This document shows positions 50,131 through 51,074 of a stretch of DNA of 51,074 nt, one piece after another; position 1 is the first letter of the stretch, and each line of letters opens with the position of its first letter. Origin of the DNA: a virus. Below the pieces are notes generated by a model that did not search any database, was not told the origin of the DNA, and saw only the letters and a list, made by a program, of their open reading frames with translations. Where the stretch lies: the IMG/VR virus record IMGVR_UViG_3300039239_000007, positions 1 to 51,074 of that record. One strand, 5' to 3'. Both the position numbers and the translations under genes were made by a program.

Positions 50131-51074
50131 ATGGCTTTTCCATCAGAAGTTCAGGCCATCCTCGATGCGATGGAGCCCGAGGTCCGTAAGGCGTTTCTTG
50201 ACGCCATTGGCCGGATCACCTCGCAAGCACAGTTGCAAACGGTGATCGGCCATGTCCAGAACGGCAACATAGAGGCCGCTATCGCGGCGCTACGCGTCGA
50301 TCCGGTATTCTTCCAGCCATTGGACCGGGCTCTATCTGACGCCTACTACAGGGGAGGAGTGGCGGCGCTGGCTGCACTCCCGAAGATACCAGACCCTTTT
50401 CGGGCGGTTCAGCGGTTTTTGGCTTCAATGGAAGACATGACCGCGCCGGCCTGTGGGCAAGATCACATGTCGCAAACCTCATCACCTCCATTACCGAAGG
50501 AGTGAGGCAGGCCGTTCGCGAGACCATCGTGGAAGGCATTTCGCAGAATAGGACGCCGCAGGCCATCGCGCTTGATCTGGTCGGTCGGAAAAGCAAAGTC
50601 ACTGGCCTTCGCGAGAATGGGTTGATTGGCCTCACACCAGCCCAAGCACAAACGACGCTCAAGATACGCAATGCGCTGCTCACAGGAGACCGTGAGGGGC
50701 TTTCTGACTATCTCGGCATGAAGCTGCGCGACAAGCGCTATACGGCTCTCGTTGAGGCTGTGCGGCGGAATGGCTGGGACGCGGCGCTTGAGTCTTACAA
50801 CAAGCGGCGCACGGTCAAGGTCACAAAGGCCGAATTGATCGCCACGCTGATGGCGGATCACAAGTCTCGCGCCTTGCGCTTTCGTGCTGACCTGATCGCA
50901 GAAACAGAGACGCTGACCGCGCTTCGTGCAGGACGGCATGAGGGATACCAGCAACTTCTCGAAAGCGGGACGGTATCTGAAGACCAGATCGAACGGTCGT
51001 GGGACGCGACCGGCGATAAGCGCACGCGGCCGGATCATATGGCGATGGAAGGCCAGAAGGTAATCGGTCTGTCG
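50131..51074 (+). CDS. Head morphogenesis protein (SPP1 gp7/Mu F-like); needs a -1 shift at 50394..50400; continues at 2..253
   Basis: The zero frame (50131..50505) gives the N-terminal 90 aa, then unrelated sequence and a stop. The -1 frame, open from 50340 to the window end, reads ...FGFNGRHDRAGLWARSHVANLITSITEGVRQAVRETIVEGISQNRTPQAIALDL..., typical of the family core. Confidence 0.75.
50394..50400 (+). other. Slippery heptamer C CCT TTT at the frame junction of the head morphogenesis gene
   Basis: X XXY YYZ in the zero frame (gaC CCT TTT cgg). A -1 slip gives ...KIPDPF-SGGSAVFGFNGRHD... Confidence 0.55.
50948..51074 (+). repeat. Terminal direct repeat, copy 2 (identical to 1..127)
   Basis: Same 127-nt string as at 1..127. 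Confidence 0.95.

Larger units (their letters stand above)
1..51074. mobile_element. Complete temperate siphovirus-type phage genome (circularly closed assembly, unit 50,947 bp)
   Basis: All phage modules are present in one window: packaging/head, tail, lysis, integrase plus attP, recombination, CI/Cro switch, replication. The window ends overlap by 127 identical nt, and one ORF reads through the junction in frame. Confidence 0.9.

Noticed and set aside
50463-51038. 191-aa minus-strand ORF at the window end
   Set aside because: It is antisense to the conserved core of the head morphogenesis protein (the RTRPDHMAMEGQ frame), so it is a shadow ORF.
1-51074. Search for CRISPR arrays, tRNA/rRNA genes, transposases/IS elements, reverse transcriptase/retron or toxin-antitoxin pairs
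   Set aside because: No regularly spaced repeats, cloverleaf-compatible sequences, DDE/serine transposase motifs or RT motifs were noticed. The RHH protein (25374..25631) has no recognisable toxin partner next to it.

Overview
The window is a complete, circularly closed genome of a temperate siphovirus-type phage. The first 127 nt are identical to the last 127 nt, so the unit length is 50,947 bp. Gene content looks alphaproteobacterial and Rhizobiales-like (DUF982, GcrA-, GapR- and DnaA-domain-like proteins, DUF3102, DUF551). Layout: head completion and tail genes (0.25-12.3 kb, + strand); an opposite-strand O-antigen-type acyltransferase; a lysis cassette plus an SGNH esterase (13.7-16.6 kb); a small accessory island; attP and a tyrosine integrase (18.0-19.4 kb); a 9.5-kb translationally coupled leftward early operon with a RecE/RecT-like pair, HNH and two DUF551 genes; a CI-like/Cro-like switch (28.5-29.5 kb); a rightward early region with DnaB, RuvC-like, N6-A and C5 methyltransferases, a nucleotidase and regulators (29.5-40.9 kb); then terS/terL/portal/capsid (41.6-50.5 kb), wrapping to nt 253. 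No tRNA, rRNA, CRISPR array or transposase was seen. The most notable observations are listed here. (1) The C5-methyltransferase has conserved motifs split between two overlapping open frames, and the return junction sits on a (TGGC)3 tract. (2) The head-morphogenesis gene is split exactly at a C CCT TTT slippery heptamer. (3) An acyl carrier protein lies in the early operon. (4) A two-gene opposite-strand cassette is inserted between the tail chaperone and the tape measure. (5) A twin-arginine-signal mini-protein carries a copy of a gpJ C-terminal segment. (6) An acyltransferase and an SGNH esterase flank a holin-less lysis cassette whose endolysin ends in a TM helix. All functional calls come from motif-level reading and gene order, not from database searches.
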